Origin: Paraburkholderia sp.
GTDB lineage: Bacteria; Pseudomonadota; Gammaproteobacteria; Burkholderiales; Burkholderiaceae
Assembly: GCF_035948235.1 (NCBI RefSeq)
Contig: NZ_DASZJJ010000089.1
Span: 3,467 to 67,466, forward strand
DNA: 64,000 nucleotides
Reading direction: 5' to 3'
Below, one piece after another: positions 37,052 through 46,641 of this stretch (within the stretch, counting starts at the first letter, position 1; the number at the start of each line of letters is the position of its first letter). The position numbers and the translations under genes are program-made. Below the pieces are notes generated by a model. It made no database searches. It had not been told where the DNA came from and saw nothing but the letters and a program-made list of their open reading frames with translations.

Positions 37052-38224
37052 TCAGAACTTGTGGCGAATGCCCACGGTCGCAATCGCCTGTACCGTATCG
37101 TTCGACGAATAACCGTACGAGCCGATCGAGGCTTCGGCAGGCGCGGTGCCGCCCTTGCCGTTGCCCTGCGTGCCGCTCGCGTGCTGCCACGCGCCCATCA
37201 GATACACATCCGTGCGCCTGGACAGCGAATAATCCGCGCCTGCGGACACCTGGTGATAGGTCGCGGACGTATTGCCATCGGCTTTCGTGTAGATATAGCC
37301 AAGACCGAGCAGCAGCGCCGGCGTCGCCTGATAGCCGACATACGCACCGCCTACGTTATAGCGTTCCGTGCTGCCGAATGCCGATTGCGCGTCCGGACGA
37401 TACTGCGCGTTGCTATAACGCAGGTTCATCTTCACCGGTCCCATCACATACTGCACCGCCACCGACGCAATGCCGATCGACTTCGCCGTGATATAGCCGT
37501 TATTCAGCGGCGTGTTGGGATCGAAATTGCCATCGAAGGTGCCGTCCGAGGTGCCGCTCCAGCCGGTGCGCTTGACGCTCGACGCGGCATTGGCAGCGTA
37601 GAAGTAGCCCGCCGCCGCGCTGAACTGGCCGATCGAATACGTGGCCGCGCCCGACCACGTCTGGCCCGAGCCGGTCTGCCCCGCAACGCCGCCCAGTGCG
37701 TAGAGACCTTCGAACTGGAAGCCGGAAATAACCGGCGACACATACTTCACGGCGTTATTGGTGCGCGAGCTGTTGTCGTTGTTATCGACGTCGCCTGGCG
37801 TGGAGAACATGCTGCTGAAGTCGTTATCGGCGGTGAGCGGCTGGATCATGTCGACGAGCGGGTCGTACTGACGACCGAGCGTCACGGTGCCCCACTGATC
37901 GCCAGACAGGCCGACAAACGCCTGGCGGCCAAACATGCGGCCGCCTTGATGGAAGCCGCCGCTATTCGGATTGAAGCCGTTTTCAAGCTGGAAAATCGCC
38001 TTGAGGCCGCCGCCCAGATCTTCGGCGCCCTTGAGGCCCCAGCGGCTGCCCGACAGGTTGCTGTCGGCCATGCCCCAGCGATGATCGCCTTGCGAGTTGG
38101 CGTGGCTCACGTACTGGATCGACGTGTCGATCACGCCGTAGAGCGTGACGCTGTCCGCGGCGAAGGCGGCGGAACTCGCGCCCAGCAAGGCGAGGGAAAG
38201 CACGGAAAGTCGAAGCGTGTTCAT
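37052..38224 (-). CDS. OmpC-family general porin (paralogue of 32031..33182)
   Basis: It has a signal peptide, DSVTLYGVIDTSIQY near the N-terminus, and the C-terminus TVGIRHKF. Confidence 0.9.
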   Translation of the reverse strand: MNTLRLSVLSLALLGASSAAFAADSVTLYGVIDTSIQYVSHANSQGDHRWGMADSNLSGSRWGLKGAEDLGGGLKAIFQLENGFNPNSGGFHQGGRMFGRQAFVGLSGDQWGTVTLGRQYDPLVDMIQPLTADNDFSSMFSTPGDVDNNDNSSRTNNAVKYVSPVISGFQFEGLYALGGVAGQTGSGQTWSGAATYSIGQFSAAAGYFYAANAASSVKRTGWSGTSDGTFDGNFDPNTPLNNGYITAKSIGIASVAVQYVMGPVKMNLRYSNAQYRPDAQSAFGSTERYNVGGAYVGYQATPALLLGLGYIYTKADGNTSATYHQVSAGADYSLSRRTDVYLMGAWQHASGTQGNGKGGTAPAEASIGSYGYSSNDTVQAIATVGIRHKF

Positions 38225-38291
38225 CTGTTGTGTGGTCGTGTGACGGTGGTTGAATGAAGAAAGTGGTCTTTTTTGTGAGGTGTTGCGCTGT

Positions 38292-40430
38292 TCAGCTCGC
38301 CGCGCCCATGGCTGGATCGCTGACGCTGTCCTTGCCCGTTTCCACGCGGCCCGCGAAGCGGCGCGTCACGCCGTTTTCTGCGGCTAGCGTGAAGTCGTAC
38401 CAGCCGTTCGAGGCGGTGAGCGACCAGTACGGTTCGACCTGCATACCGGCTGGGACGCTATAGGTCCAGGGGCCGTCGGCGCGATAGGCATTGCTCGTGA
38501 CCGTGACGCTCGTGGTCGAGGTGCCGGTATTCATGATGGTTAGATAGACGGCGTTGTTGGTCTCGTCGTAGCACACGCGCACTTCCGGTTTCGGACCAGT
38601 TGCGGATGCAACGATATTGCCGGTGAACGCGCGATGGAAACCGTTGGGGCCGAGCACCCAGAGGCTGTACGCGCCGCTGTCCGTCGAGGCGGGTGTCCAG
38701 ATATCTGAGAGTTCCTTGCCCGCTTCCACGGTGTAGCGGCGCGGCGCGCGGTCCAGATGCAACTGGTCGTAGACGTGGAACACCGCACCCGCGCTGCCGG
38801 TATTGCTGAACACGAGCCACACGGCGCCGTTTTGCGTATCGACGTTCGCACTCGTGTGCAGGTGATAGGGCAGCGCACGCGAGGGGCGCAGCGCCAGCGC
38901 CTGTTGCGGCATCGTCTGGGTGGCGACCGACGGCACGGGCACCGCGCCCAGCGCGCTTTGCTGGGCGCTTTGCGCATCGGCGGCGGCCTTGGTGGGCGCG
39001 GCGATTGCGGCAGGCGTGGCGTCGTTCGGCGTCGCGAAGTTGAAGCACGAAGTCAGGTCGCCGAACACGGTCCGCCGCCACGGGCTGATGTTCGGCTCGT
39101 ACACGCCGAAGCGCGCTTCGAGAAAGCGCAGCACCGAGGTATGGTCGAATACCTGCGAGTTCACAAAGCCGCCCGTGCTCCACGGCGACACCACGAACAT
39201 CGGCACACGCGGGCCCGGGCCATAGGGCAGCCCGTCGGGTTTGAGCGGCGAGGAATCGCCGGGCGGGTTTGGCACAGTGAAATACTCGTACTGCGTGGTG
39301 ACCGTGGATTTGCCCGCATAGGTGCCGTCGCCGTTGGGCGAGGGCACGTCGGGCGGCGGCATGTGATCGAAGAAGCAGTCGTTCTCGTCGTAGTTGACGA
39401 TGAGCACTGTCTTGCTCCAGACGTCCGGGTTTGCAGTCAGTGCGTCGAGCAGCAATTGCAGGTAATACGCGCCCTGGCCTGGCGTCGATACACCGGGGTG
39501 TTCGCAATACGCCTGCGGCGAGACGATCCAGCTCACCTGCGGCAGTTGGCCGGCGGCGATATCGTCGCGCAATGCCTGCAGAAAGCCGCCGTCGGGCATG
39601 GTGTTGCCGATGCCCTTGTAAAGCGGCGAGAGCGCCTCCATTGCGGCCGTATAGGGCGCGTTCGGCGAGCCGGGCACGGTCTCGTTGACCTTGCGAAAGC
39701 TCGCGAAGCCGGCGAGCGGGTTGTCGGTGTAGTTGTCGGGCTGGTTCTCGTAGACCTTCCAGCTCACGCCCGCGCCTTGCAGACGCTCGGCGTAGGTGGT
39801 CCACGTAAGGCCAGTTGCCGATGCGCTCAGGCCGTCCCAGCCGTTGTTGTTCACCACCGCGTAATTCGAGCCGGTCGGGCCATTCGTGCCGGTCCACATG
39901 AAGATGCGGTTGGAGTTGGTGCCGCCGTGCAGCGAGCAGTGGTACGCGTCGCAGATCGTGAAGGCGTTGGCCATCGCGAAGTGAAACGGCAGGTCGGCAG
40001 ATTGCAGATAGCCCATCGATACGTCGCCCTTCGACTTCGGCCATTGCGTCATGCGGCCGTTGTCCCAGGCGCTGTGCGCGTCGGTCCACGAATGCGCGCC
40101 GCCCGCGAGCAGTGCGTTGCCCTTGGTGCTGTCCAGATGGAAGGGCAGCACGGTGCGGCTGCCGTCGCTCTGCTGCCAGACGTTCGTGCCGCCTGGCTGC
40201 GGGATCGTGAAGCGGTCGGCGAAGCCGCGCACGCCTGGCAGCGTGCCGAAGTAATGGTCGAACGAGCGGTTCTCCTGCATGAAGATCACGACGTGCTGGA
40301 CGTCGTTGATCGTGCCGGTCGTGTTGTTCGCGGGAATCGCGAGCGCACGCCGGATCGCAGGCGGAAACAGACTGAGCGACGCGCCGGCCGCGGCGGCGCG
40401 CAGGAAGTGACGGCGATTCATTGAAGTCAT
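38292..40430 (-). CDS. plcN: Phosphocholine-specific (non-haemolytic) phospholipase C, Tat-exported
   Basis: It has the Tat signal MNRRHFLRAAAAGASLSLF and the block HVVIFMQENRSFDHYFGTLPGVRGF typical of the acid phosphatase/PLC family. The length is 712 aa. Confidence 0.9.
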   Translation of the reverse strand: MTSMNRRHFLRAAAAGASLSLFPPAIRRALAIPANNTTGTINDVQHVVIFMQENRSFDHYFGTLPGVRGFADRFTIPQPGGTNVWQQSDGSRTVLPFHLDSTKGNALLAGGAHSWTDAHSAWDNGRMTQWPKSKGDVSMGYLQSADLPFHFAMANAFTICDAYHCSLHGGTNSNRIFMWTGTNGPTGSNYAVVNNNGWDGLSASATGLTWTTYAERLQGAGVSWKVYENQPDNYTDNPLAGFASFRKVNETVPGSPNAPYTAAMEALSPLYKGIGNTMPDGGFLQALRDDIAAGQLPQVSWIVSPQAYCEHPGVSTPGQGAYYLQLLLDALTANPDVWSKTVLIVNYDENDCFFDHMPPPDVPSPNGDGTYAGKSTVTTQYEYFTVPNPPGDSSPLKPDGLPYGPGPRVPMFVVSPWSTGGFVNSQVFDHTSVLRFLEARFGVYEPNISPWRRTVFGDLTSCFNFATPNDATPAAIAAPTKAAADAQSAQQSALGAVPVPSVATQTMPQQALALRPSRALPYHLHTSANVDTQNGAVWLVFSNTGSAGAVFHVYDQLHLDRAPRRYTVEAGKELSDIWTPASTDSGAYSLWVLGPNGFHRAFTGNIVASATGPKPEVRVCYDETNNAVYLTIMNTGTSTTSVTVTSNAYRADGPWTYSVPAGMQVEPYWSLTASNGWYDFTLAAENGVTRRFAGRVETGKDSVSDPAMGAAS

Positions 40431-40562
40431 GTTGGGCAGTGTTTTTGTGTATGCACGCGTGTTTAGGCAGGCGCAACCGGCGAACCGGCACGCGCGCGTA
40501 ACGATGTATTCAGGTAGGCCTTATAGAAGCGAGCCGCGCGCTATTTGCGCGGCCCGCTTCAA

Positions 40563-40838
40563 TCAGGGCGCGCAGTCCAGTTGGGTGTTGAGCAAGGGCT
40601 GGGCGGCGCTGGCGCCCGATGCCGCACAACCGCCCGAAGCGGGCGCGGCCACGATGGCCACAGGTGCGCTTGCGCCGCCCGCTCCGGCGGCGGCCGTGTT
40701 GCCCGTGGCTGCCGCGCCGCCCGAGGCGCCGTTGTTGTTCGCGCCGTCGCCGCAAGCCGCGAGAGAGGCGCCAAGCACCACAGCAACAAAAGCTCCTGCG
40801 CCAAAGCGATATTTCGGATTCCGAAAGACAATATTCAT
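40563..40838 (-). CDS. Small Gly/Ala/Ser-rich lipoprotein, unknown function
   Basis: It has the lipobox SLAAC, low-complexity composition and two further Cys near the C-terminus. A hairpin follows the stop. The low complexity makes the coding call tentative. Confidence 0.5.
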   Translation of the reverse strand: MNIVFRNPKYRFGAGAFVAVVLGASLAACGDGANNNGASGGAAATGNTAAAGAGGASAPVAIVAAPASGGCAASGASAAQPLLNTQLDCAP

Positions 40839-40861
40839 CGTCGAACTCTCTTCAGGATGGA

Positions 40862-42970
40862 TCAGGGAAGAAGCGTGGAAAGCGGTTTGCCCGAGCCGTA
40901 GACGGTCTGCAATTCGGCCTCCGTGACGGTGCGCTTCCAGAACGCGAGGTCGCCGAACGACTGCACATCAGGTGGCGTCGCCGCGCACTTGCCGGCCGTA
41001 TAGGGCGGCGTGTCCTTGCAGGCGTTCATGTAGTACTGGCCCGTACCGTCCTCGTTCAAGCCGAACACCCCAAGACCCGGCAGTTTCGCCACGTTCGCCG
41101 TGACCGACGTGCTGTACTTCTGTTCGCCGAGCACCGGATCGAACACATAGCCCGTCATCGTCTTGCCCGTCGTGTCGATGGTGAGCGCGATATAGGACCA
41201 CTTGTTGGCCGTGACCGTCGCCGAATTCATATCGTTGCGCGTACTACCATCGCCAATATTGAAGCGCACGTTGCAGCTCGTGCTCGATCCCGGGAAGAGA
41301 CCAATGGCGATCCCCGCATTGCCGCCGGAGTAGTAGTTTTTGTTCGACAGGATCGGCGTGCCGTTGCCCGTGAGGTTCTGGCACGAGGTCATGAACCAGA
41401 AGCCCAGCGTGAACTGCGCCTGCGTCGTGACGTCGTTGGTTTGCTGCAGACGATAGCCGTCGAAGCCGTTGCTATCGACAATGCTCGTGTCGATTTTCAG
41501 GCCCTTGCCGCCGAACGGATCGGCCGTGAGCGAGCCGCCGTCCGCATCCGTGGCCCAGGCCGCGAGCGTGCTGGCGCTCATTTTGTCGATGGCCGGCAGC
41601 GCGCCGAACGGGTAGTAGGTGGACAGGCCGTTCGTGAGCGTGGTTGCGAGTGCGGGCGGCGGAGGCGGGGGCGGCGGGGGGGCGACATAAGCCACGCGGA
41701 TCAGCGAGGACACCGGCGCGGTTCCCGCAGCCACCGTGTAGTTGAACGTGTAGGCGCCGGTGGTGCTCACGCCCAGATTGCTGTCCGTGTAAGTGGCCGT
41801 GCCGGCGGGCAGCGTGGCGATCTGCTGGCCGTTGCGCAGCACCGTGATCGCGCCCGACGCTGGCGCGGTCCATGTGAGCACCGTGCTGGCGTTGTCGCTG
41901 CCCGTCAAGCCGTTGAGTTGCGAAACCGGCTGCTGGCCGGTCAACTCGCCGCCGTCGAGCGCATACGTTGTAGCGCCTGGCAGCGCACCTCGCCAGGCAA
42001 GCAGCGTGGGCGCGATATCGGCAATGCTTGCGCGCGTATAGAGGTCCGCGAGCGAGGTGGGCGCAGCGCTGCTGCCCGCGCGCCCGTTGCTCTGCACATT
42101 CATGCCGATAAAGCTGGTCGACTCCGGCGCAAGCGGCAGACCGTCGGTGCCGCCCGCCGCGTTCAGACCGTGGCTCGCGCTCACCATCACGAGCCAGTTT
42201 TCGCCGCTGCGCTGTGCGGTTTCGGCGATCAGCGTGCCCACGGCGCTGTCGAGCTGTGTGAGCGTGCTGGCGTAATTCGACGAATTGAGGCCCCAGTTGA
42301 GCGCGCCGTCCTGCGCCGAATGATATTGCGCGACAACCAGCGAGTAGCCGTTGTCGATCATGCTCAGGCCTTGCTTCGTCACGCAACTGTCCACAGACGC
42401 GCAATTGACGACGCTATCCAGATAGCCTGCGTTCTGATCGGGCGCGAGGATCGCGGCGAAGCCCGGCGAATCGACGGCTGCGCCCAGCGTGCCCGCGCCC
42501 GCTGATTTGAGCATCGAGAACACCGTGGGCGCGTGCAGCGCCTGGCCCGATGCATCGGAATTGATCTGGTGACGATCGGCCCATGCGCCGGTGACAAGGG
42601 TGGCCCAGCCCGGTGTATCGAGGTTCGGCTGCTGGCTGAGCGTGCTGTTGACGCCGCCGCTATAGGCAGGCGCAAATTTGAGCTTCGCAAGGTTCGGCAG
42701 CTTGCCGGCGGCGATCGCCGTGGTGAGCGCGCTATAGGTCACGCCGTCCAGTTCGATTACCAGCATCTTGTTGACCGGCGTGGTGTTGCTTGCCGAATTG
42801 CCCGTGCTGGTGTTACCCGCTGCGTTGCTCGCTGTACCGGAATTCACCGCCGCGCCCGACGATTGCGTCGCCTCGCCGCCGCATCCCGCGAGTGCGCCAG
42901 CGAGCGCGAGCCCGCAAAGCGCCTGCACGGCGGCCGCGGTGGCGGCCTTCCTCGCTGCCTGCCTTGTCAT
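40862..42970 (-). CDS. Lipoprotein: alkaline-phosphatase-superfamily phosphodiesterase/nucleotide pyrophosphatase domain + poly-Pro linker + LamG (concanavalin-like) domain
   Basis: It has the lipobox LAGC, VIELDGVTYS and VSASHGL motifs (metal/nucleophile contexts of type I phosphodiesterases) and a P9 linker. The C-terminal block FTLGFWF...KWSYIALTID is typical of LamG. Confidence 0.75.
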   Translation of the reverse strand: MTRQAARKAATAAAVQALCGLALAGALAGCGGEATQSSGAAVNSGTASNAAGNTSTGNSASNTTPVNKMLVIELDGVTYSALTTAIAAGKLPNLAKLKFAPAYSGGVNSTLSQQPNLDTPGWATLVTGAWADRHQINSDASGQALHAPTVFSMLKSAGAGTLGAAVDSPGFAAILAPDQNAGYLDSVVNCASVDSCVTKQGLSMIDNGYSLVVAQYHSAQDGALNWGLNSSNYASTLTQLDSAVGTLIAETAQRSGENWLVMVSASHGLNAAGGTDGLPLAPESTSFIGMNVQSNGRAGSSAAPTSLADLYTRASIADIAPTLLAWRGALPGATTYALDGGELTGQQPVSQLNGLTGSDNASTVLTWTAPASGAITVLRNGQQIATLPAGTATYTDSNLGVSTTGAYTFNYTVAAGTAPVSSLIRVAYVAPPPPPPPPPALATTLTNGLSTYYPFGALPAIDKMSASTLAAWATDADGGSLTADPFGGKGLKIDTSIVDSNGFDGYRLQQTNDVTTQAQFTLGFWFMTSCQNLTGNGTPILSNKNYYSGGNAGIAIGLFPGSSTSCNVRFNIGDGSTRNDMNSATVTANKWSYIALTIDTTGKTMTGYVFDPVLGEQKYSTSVTANVAKLPGLGVFGLNEDGTGQYYMNACKDTPPYTAGKCAATPPDVQSFGDLAFWKRTVTEAELQTVYGSGKPLSTLLP

Positions 42971-43070
42971 CGTTTGTGTCCCTGCCGTTCGTATCGCCGG
43001 ACAGTCCGGCGAGTGCAGGGAATCTTACGAAGCCGGTAAGACGTGCTTATTTCGTTTTACCCAAGATTAC

Positions 43071-43988
43071 CTATAGGCGTATCGGCGTTTTTTGGGTGAG
43101 GGCAAGCGTTTCATTGAGCGTCGCCATGAAAGCGAGGATCGGGCGAGTGTTCGCGCGGCTGCGCAAATGGTAGAGATATTCGTGCACCACCGGACCTTCG
43201 GGCGCGATTGGCACCGCGACCAGCGACGCGCCGCGCGGCACTTCACCCGATGGCATCAGCGCACAACCCAGGCCGTGACGGATGGCTTCGCAGATCGCTT
43301 CGCGCCCGCCAATCTCGATCAGCGACGCGGGTTCGATCGCATGACGCGCGAGCGCCGCTTCGGTTGCATCGCGCGTGCGCGAGCCGGGTTCGCGCAGCAG
43401 CAGGGTTTCCGTTTTGAGAACGTCGAGTTGCACCGGCCCCTTGCCCGCAAGCGGATGCTCGGGCGCGACGACGAGCACGAGCTTGTCGTCGGCGATGCGA
43501 TGGCAGACGAGGTTCGGGTCATCCACGGCGTTCGACGACACCGCCACATCGACGCGAAATTCCATCAGTGAATCGAGCACGCCTTGCGAGTTGTCGATCT
43601 CGATGCCTAGCTGCACATGCGGATAGCGGCGGCGAAACGCGGCGACGGTGGGCAGAATGTAGTACGGCCCCGTCGCGCCGAGCCGGAAACTGCCCGCAAA
43701 AAGCTCGCGCTCGTTGCGCAGCGCGAAGTCGATATCGTGCTCGGTCTGCATCATCCGGTCGATCAGCGGCATGATCGTCGCGCCCGTCTGCGTGAGATCG
43801 AGCCGGCTGCCGCGGCGGAAAAACAGCTCGACGCCGTATTGCTTTTCGAGTTGCTGGATGCGCGAGGTGACGGTGGGCTGGCTTACGTCGAGACGCCGCG
43901 CGGCAGCGGTGATGCTGCCCTGGCGGACGGTCTCGTAAAATGCGGCCAGTAACGATGCGAGCATGTCGGTGCGTAAAATGGCCGACAC
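43071..43988 (-). CDS. LysR-family transcriptional regulator
   Basis: The HTH is LLAAFYETVRQGSITAAARRLDVSQPTVTSRIQQLEKQYGVELFFR. The start is either GTG at 43988 or the ATG at 43964. Confidence 0.85.
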   Translation of the reverse strand: MSAILRTDMLASLLAAFYETVRQGSITAAARRLDVSQPTVTSRIQQLEKQYGVELFFRRGSRLDLTQTGATIMPLIDRMMQTEHDIDFALRNERELFAGSFRLGATGPYYILPTVAAFRRRYPHVQLGIEIDNSQGVLDSLMEFRVDVAVSSNAVDDPNLVCHRIADDKLVLVVAPEHPLAGKGPVQLDVLKTETLLLREPGSRTRDATEAALARHAIEPASLIEIGGREAICEAIRHGLGCALMPSGEVPRGASLVAVPIAPEGPVVHEYLYHLRSRANTRPILAFMATLNETLALTQKTPIRL

Positions 43989-44090
43989 TTTACTGTGTTA
44001 TTGCGACGATTTTGTTACGGTCTTACGGCGGCGGTAAGGTTTGACTCACGTTCGAGCCGATAAATGGAGCGTCATGATGATAAAAAATAG

Positions 44091-45017
44091 TTAGGCATTC
44101 GAATTAATCATCGTCGCGCTCGACAGCAACAGCGTCTTGCGGAAATGCTCGACGAGCGGGCGCAGATTGACGCGGTGCCATGCGGCCCAGAGCGCCGTGC
44201 GGTAGCTGAACCATCCCAGCTCGCGCAGCACGACGCCCGCAGGCGCCTGATGCTGCAGGCTTTGCTGCACCATGGTCAGCCCAAGCCCCGCCGCAACCAG
44301 TCCCAGCGCGGCCAGCGGCCCGGTCGCCTCCAGCGCGATATCGGGCGTGAAGCCGGCCTTTGCGCAGGCTGCAATGAAGTGATCGTGCCGCAGCGCGCCT
44401 TCCGTGAACATCACGCCGATCCACTTTTGCGCCGCGAGATCGTCGGGCGTCAGATGCGCCGTGCCCGCGAGCGAATGATCCTCGGGAATCGCGAGCAGCA
44501 TGGGATCGTCGAGCACCCGGGCGGCTTGCAGATCAGGATCGTCGGCGGGCGGGGGCTCGGCTACGAGGGCGATATCGAGGCTGCGCTGGCGTAATCCGGT
44601 GAGCTGGTCGGCGGATTGATAGTTGTAGAGCGCTACGTGCGTGTCGGGCCGTTGCGCGCGCAATTGCCGCAACGCGTTGGGCAACACGCCAGAGTGCATG
44701 GCGTTCTCCAGATAGCCGATGCAAAGGCCGCCTTCGTCGCCGCGCCCCAACCGCCGCGCAAGCGATTCGAGCCGCGTCGCATGGGTGAGAAAGGCCTGCG
44801 TTTCAGCGAGAAATGTGCGTCCGTCTCTTGTCAGACGAATACGTTGTTGCGAGCGCTCGAACAGCGTCAGACCGAGATTCTCTTCGAGCTGGGCGATCTG
44901 GCGGCTCAGCGGCGATTGCGAAATATGCAGGCGCTCGGCGGCGCGGCCGACGTGCTCCTCTTCGGCCACGGCGACGAAATAGTGCAACTGGCGGATGTCC
45001 AGCATCTCAGACCTCAT
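44091..45017 (-). CDS. LysR-family transcriptional regulator
   Basis: The HTH is IRQLHYFVAVAEEEHVGRAAERLHISQSPLSRQIAQLEENLGLTLFERS. It is divergent from the aldo-keto reductase operon. Confidence 0.9.
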   Translation of the reverse strand: MRSEMLDIRQLHYFVAVAEEEHVGRAAERLHISQSPLSRQIAQLEENLGLTLFERSQQRIRLTRDGRTFLAETQAFLTHATRLESLARRLGRGDEGGLCIGYLENAMHSGVLPNALRQLRAQRPDTHVALYNYQSADQLTGLRQRSLDIALVAEPPPADDPDLQAARVLDDPMLLAIPEDHSLAGTAHLTPDDLAAQKWIGVMFTEGALRHDHFIAACAKAGFTPDIALEATGPLAALGLVAAGLGLTMVQQSLQHQAPAGVVLRELGWFSYRTALWAAWHRVNLRPLVEHFRKTLLLSSATMINSNA

Positions 45018-45028
45018 GGGACTTAAGT

Positions 45029-45065
45029 TTGTCGAATTATGTCTTAGACAGACTTAATTCGACAA
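45029..45065. promoter_or_regulatory. 11-bp perfect inverted repeat with 15-bp spacer, putative LysR binding site
   Basis: TTGTCGAATTA-N15-TAATTCGACAA lies in the 89-bp divergent intergenic region, flanked by GACTTAA direct repeats. Confidence 0.6.
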
Positions 45066-45106
45066 CCTAGACTGCTTCATACCGACTCAAACACAGGAGC
45101 AAGTCG

Positions 45107-46129
45107 ATGAGCATCAAGGATAAATTGCCGGCCGGCACGCAGCTTGGCTTTGGCGCTGCGCCGCTGGGCAACATGTTCCGCAACATTCCCGAAGACGAAG
45201 CGATCGCCACCGTGAAGGCCGCGTGGGACCAGGGTGTGCGTTTTTTCGATACGGCCCCGCTGTATGGCGCGGGCTTGTCCGAAATCCGTCTGGGCGAGGC
45301 GCTGGCCGCCTATAAGCGCGACGATTACGTGCTGAGCAGCAAAGTGGGCCGCGTGATTCTCGATGAAATCGAGGACGTGAGCGCACGCGACCTTGGCGAA
45401 AAGGGTGGCGTTTTTGAATTTGGTCGTCCTAATAAAATCGTCAACGACTATTCGGCCGATGCCACATTGCGCTCGATCGAAGACAGCCTGAAGCGCCTCA
45501 AAACGGACCGGCTGGATATCGTCTGGGTGCACGACGTCGCACAGGACTTTTTCGGTGACGTATGGCTCGCGATGTTCGAGCAGGCGCGCACGGGCGCATT
45601 CCGCGTGCTGTCGCGTTTGCGTGACGAAGGCGTCATCAAGGCGTGGGGGCTGGGCGTCAATCGCGTCGAACCGTGTGAGTTGCTGCTTGATCTGTCGGAA
45701 ACGAAGCCCGATGGCTTCCTGCTGGCAGGCCGCTATACGCTGCTCGATCATGAGCGCGCCTTGCAGCGTTTGATGCCGGCCGCGGCCGCGCAGAACGTCG
45801 AAATCGTCGTGGGCGGTCCTTATAGCTCGGGCGTGCTGGCAGGCGGGACGCATTTCGAGTATCAGAAAGCGTCGCCCGAGATTCTCGCCAGGGTGGAGCG
45901 CATCAAGGCCATCGCCGCGCGTCATAACGTCAGCGTCAAGGCGATTGCATTGCAGTTCGTGCTGGCCAATCCGGTGGTCGCTGCCGCGATTCCGGGCGCG
46001 AGCCGCCCCGAACGTATTGCCGAAGATCACGCTGCGCTCACAGAAGCGCTGCCCGCCGACCTCTGGCGCGAACTGCGCGAGCAAGGTCTCGTGTCGGCTC
46101 ACGCGCCGCTGCCCATCGATCGAGTTTGA
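45107..46129 (+). CDS. Aldo/keto reductase (aldose/fucose dehydrogenase-like)
   Basis: It has LGFGAAPLGNMF...VRFFDTAPLYGAGLSE...DIVWVHD, the AKR family pattern. Confidence 0.85.
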   Translation: MSIKDKLPAGTQLGFGAAPLGNMFRNIPEDEAIATVKAAWDQGVRFFDTAPLYGAGLSEIRLGEALAAYKRDDYVLSSKVGRVILDEIEDVSARDLGEKGGVFEFGRPNKIVNDYSADATLRSIEDSLKRLKTDRLDIVWVHDVAQDFFGDVWLAMFEQARTGAFRVLSRLRDEGVIKAWGLGVNRVEPCELLLDLSETKPDGFLLAGRYTLLDHERALQRLMPAAAAQNVEIVVGGPYSSGVLAGGTHFEYQKASPEILARVERIKAIAARHNVSVKAIALQFVLANPVVAAAIPGASRPERIAEDHAALTEALPADLWRELREQGLVSAHAPLPIDRV

Positions 46130-46139
46130 GGAGAACCCC

Positions 46140-46556
46140 ATGGCCCATGCCAGCGCATCCATCCGGATCGCTGCCACACCCGATGCGGTGTGGCAGTTGA
46201 TCGGCGGCTTCAATTCCTTGCCCGACTGGCTGCCCTATATTCCGACGAGCGAATTGAGCGAAGGCGGCCGCGTGCGGCGCCTCGCGACGCCTGGCGGCGA
46301 CGTGATCGTCGAGCGGCTCGAAGCATTCGATCATCGGCAGCGAAGCTATAGCTATTCGATTCTTCAGGCGCCGTTTCCTGTCACGGGATATCGCTCGACC
46401 TTGAGCGTGACGGCGATCGAGGACGGTCAAGCGGCGCAGGTGGACTGGAGCGGTGAATTCACGCCGGACGGCGTGAGCGATGAAGAGGCCACGCACCTGT
46501 TCGAAGGCATTTATCGTGACGGTCTAAAAGCTCTGGCGCATTCGTTTGCGAATTGA
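46140..46556 (+). CDS. SRPBCC-family (polyketide cyclase/START-like) protein
   Basis: 138 aa with SIRIAATPDAVWQLIGGFNSLPDWLP, typical of SRPBCC. GAGGAGAACCCC precedes the ATG, and it starts 10 nt after the AKR stop. Confidence 0.8.
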   Translation: MAHASASIRIAATPDAVWQLIGGFNSLPDWLPYIPTSELSEGGRVRRLATPGGDVIVERLEAFDHRQRSYSYSILQAPFPVTGYRSTLSVTAIEDGQAAQVDWSGEFTPDGVSDEEATHLFEGIYRDGLKALAHSFAN

Positions 46557-46580
46557 TCGCGAAGCGATCCACGTAAGTTA

Positions 46581-46621
46581 AGCCCGGCCGGCGCCTGATG
46601 GCGGCCAGCCGGGCTTTTTTC
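46581..46621 (+). terminator. Rho-independent terminator
   Basis: AGCCCGGC...GCCGGGCT hairpin followed by TTTTTT. Confidence 0.8.
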
Positions 46622-46641
46622 CCGGCGCGGCGCGTACCGGA

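Noticed and set aside
38458-40491. 677-aa minus-strand and 555-aa plus-strand (38757..40424) ORFs overlapping plcN
   Set aside because: These are alternative frames of the clearly recognisable Tat-exported phospholipase C gene. Their Arg/Ala/Gly-rich composition marks them as a GC-frame artefact.
41652-41683. G-rich tract (GCGGGCGGCGGAGGCGGGGGCGGCGGGGGGGC) considered as a G-quadruplex or simple-sequence repeat
   Set aside because: It is fully explained as the antisense of the codons for the nine-proline linker (APPPPPPPPPA) between the two domains of the lipoprotein.
40619-42505. 628-aa plus-strand ORF
   Set aside because: It is antisense to the phosphodiesterase-LamG lipoprotein gene. It is Arg-rich, with no motifs and no RBS.
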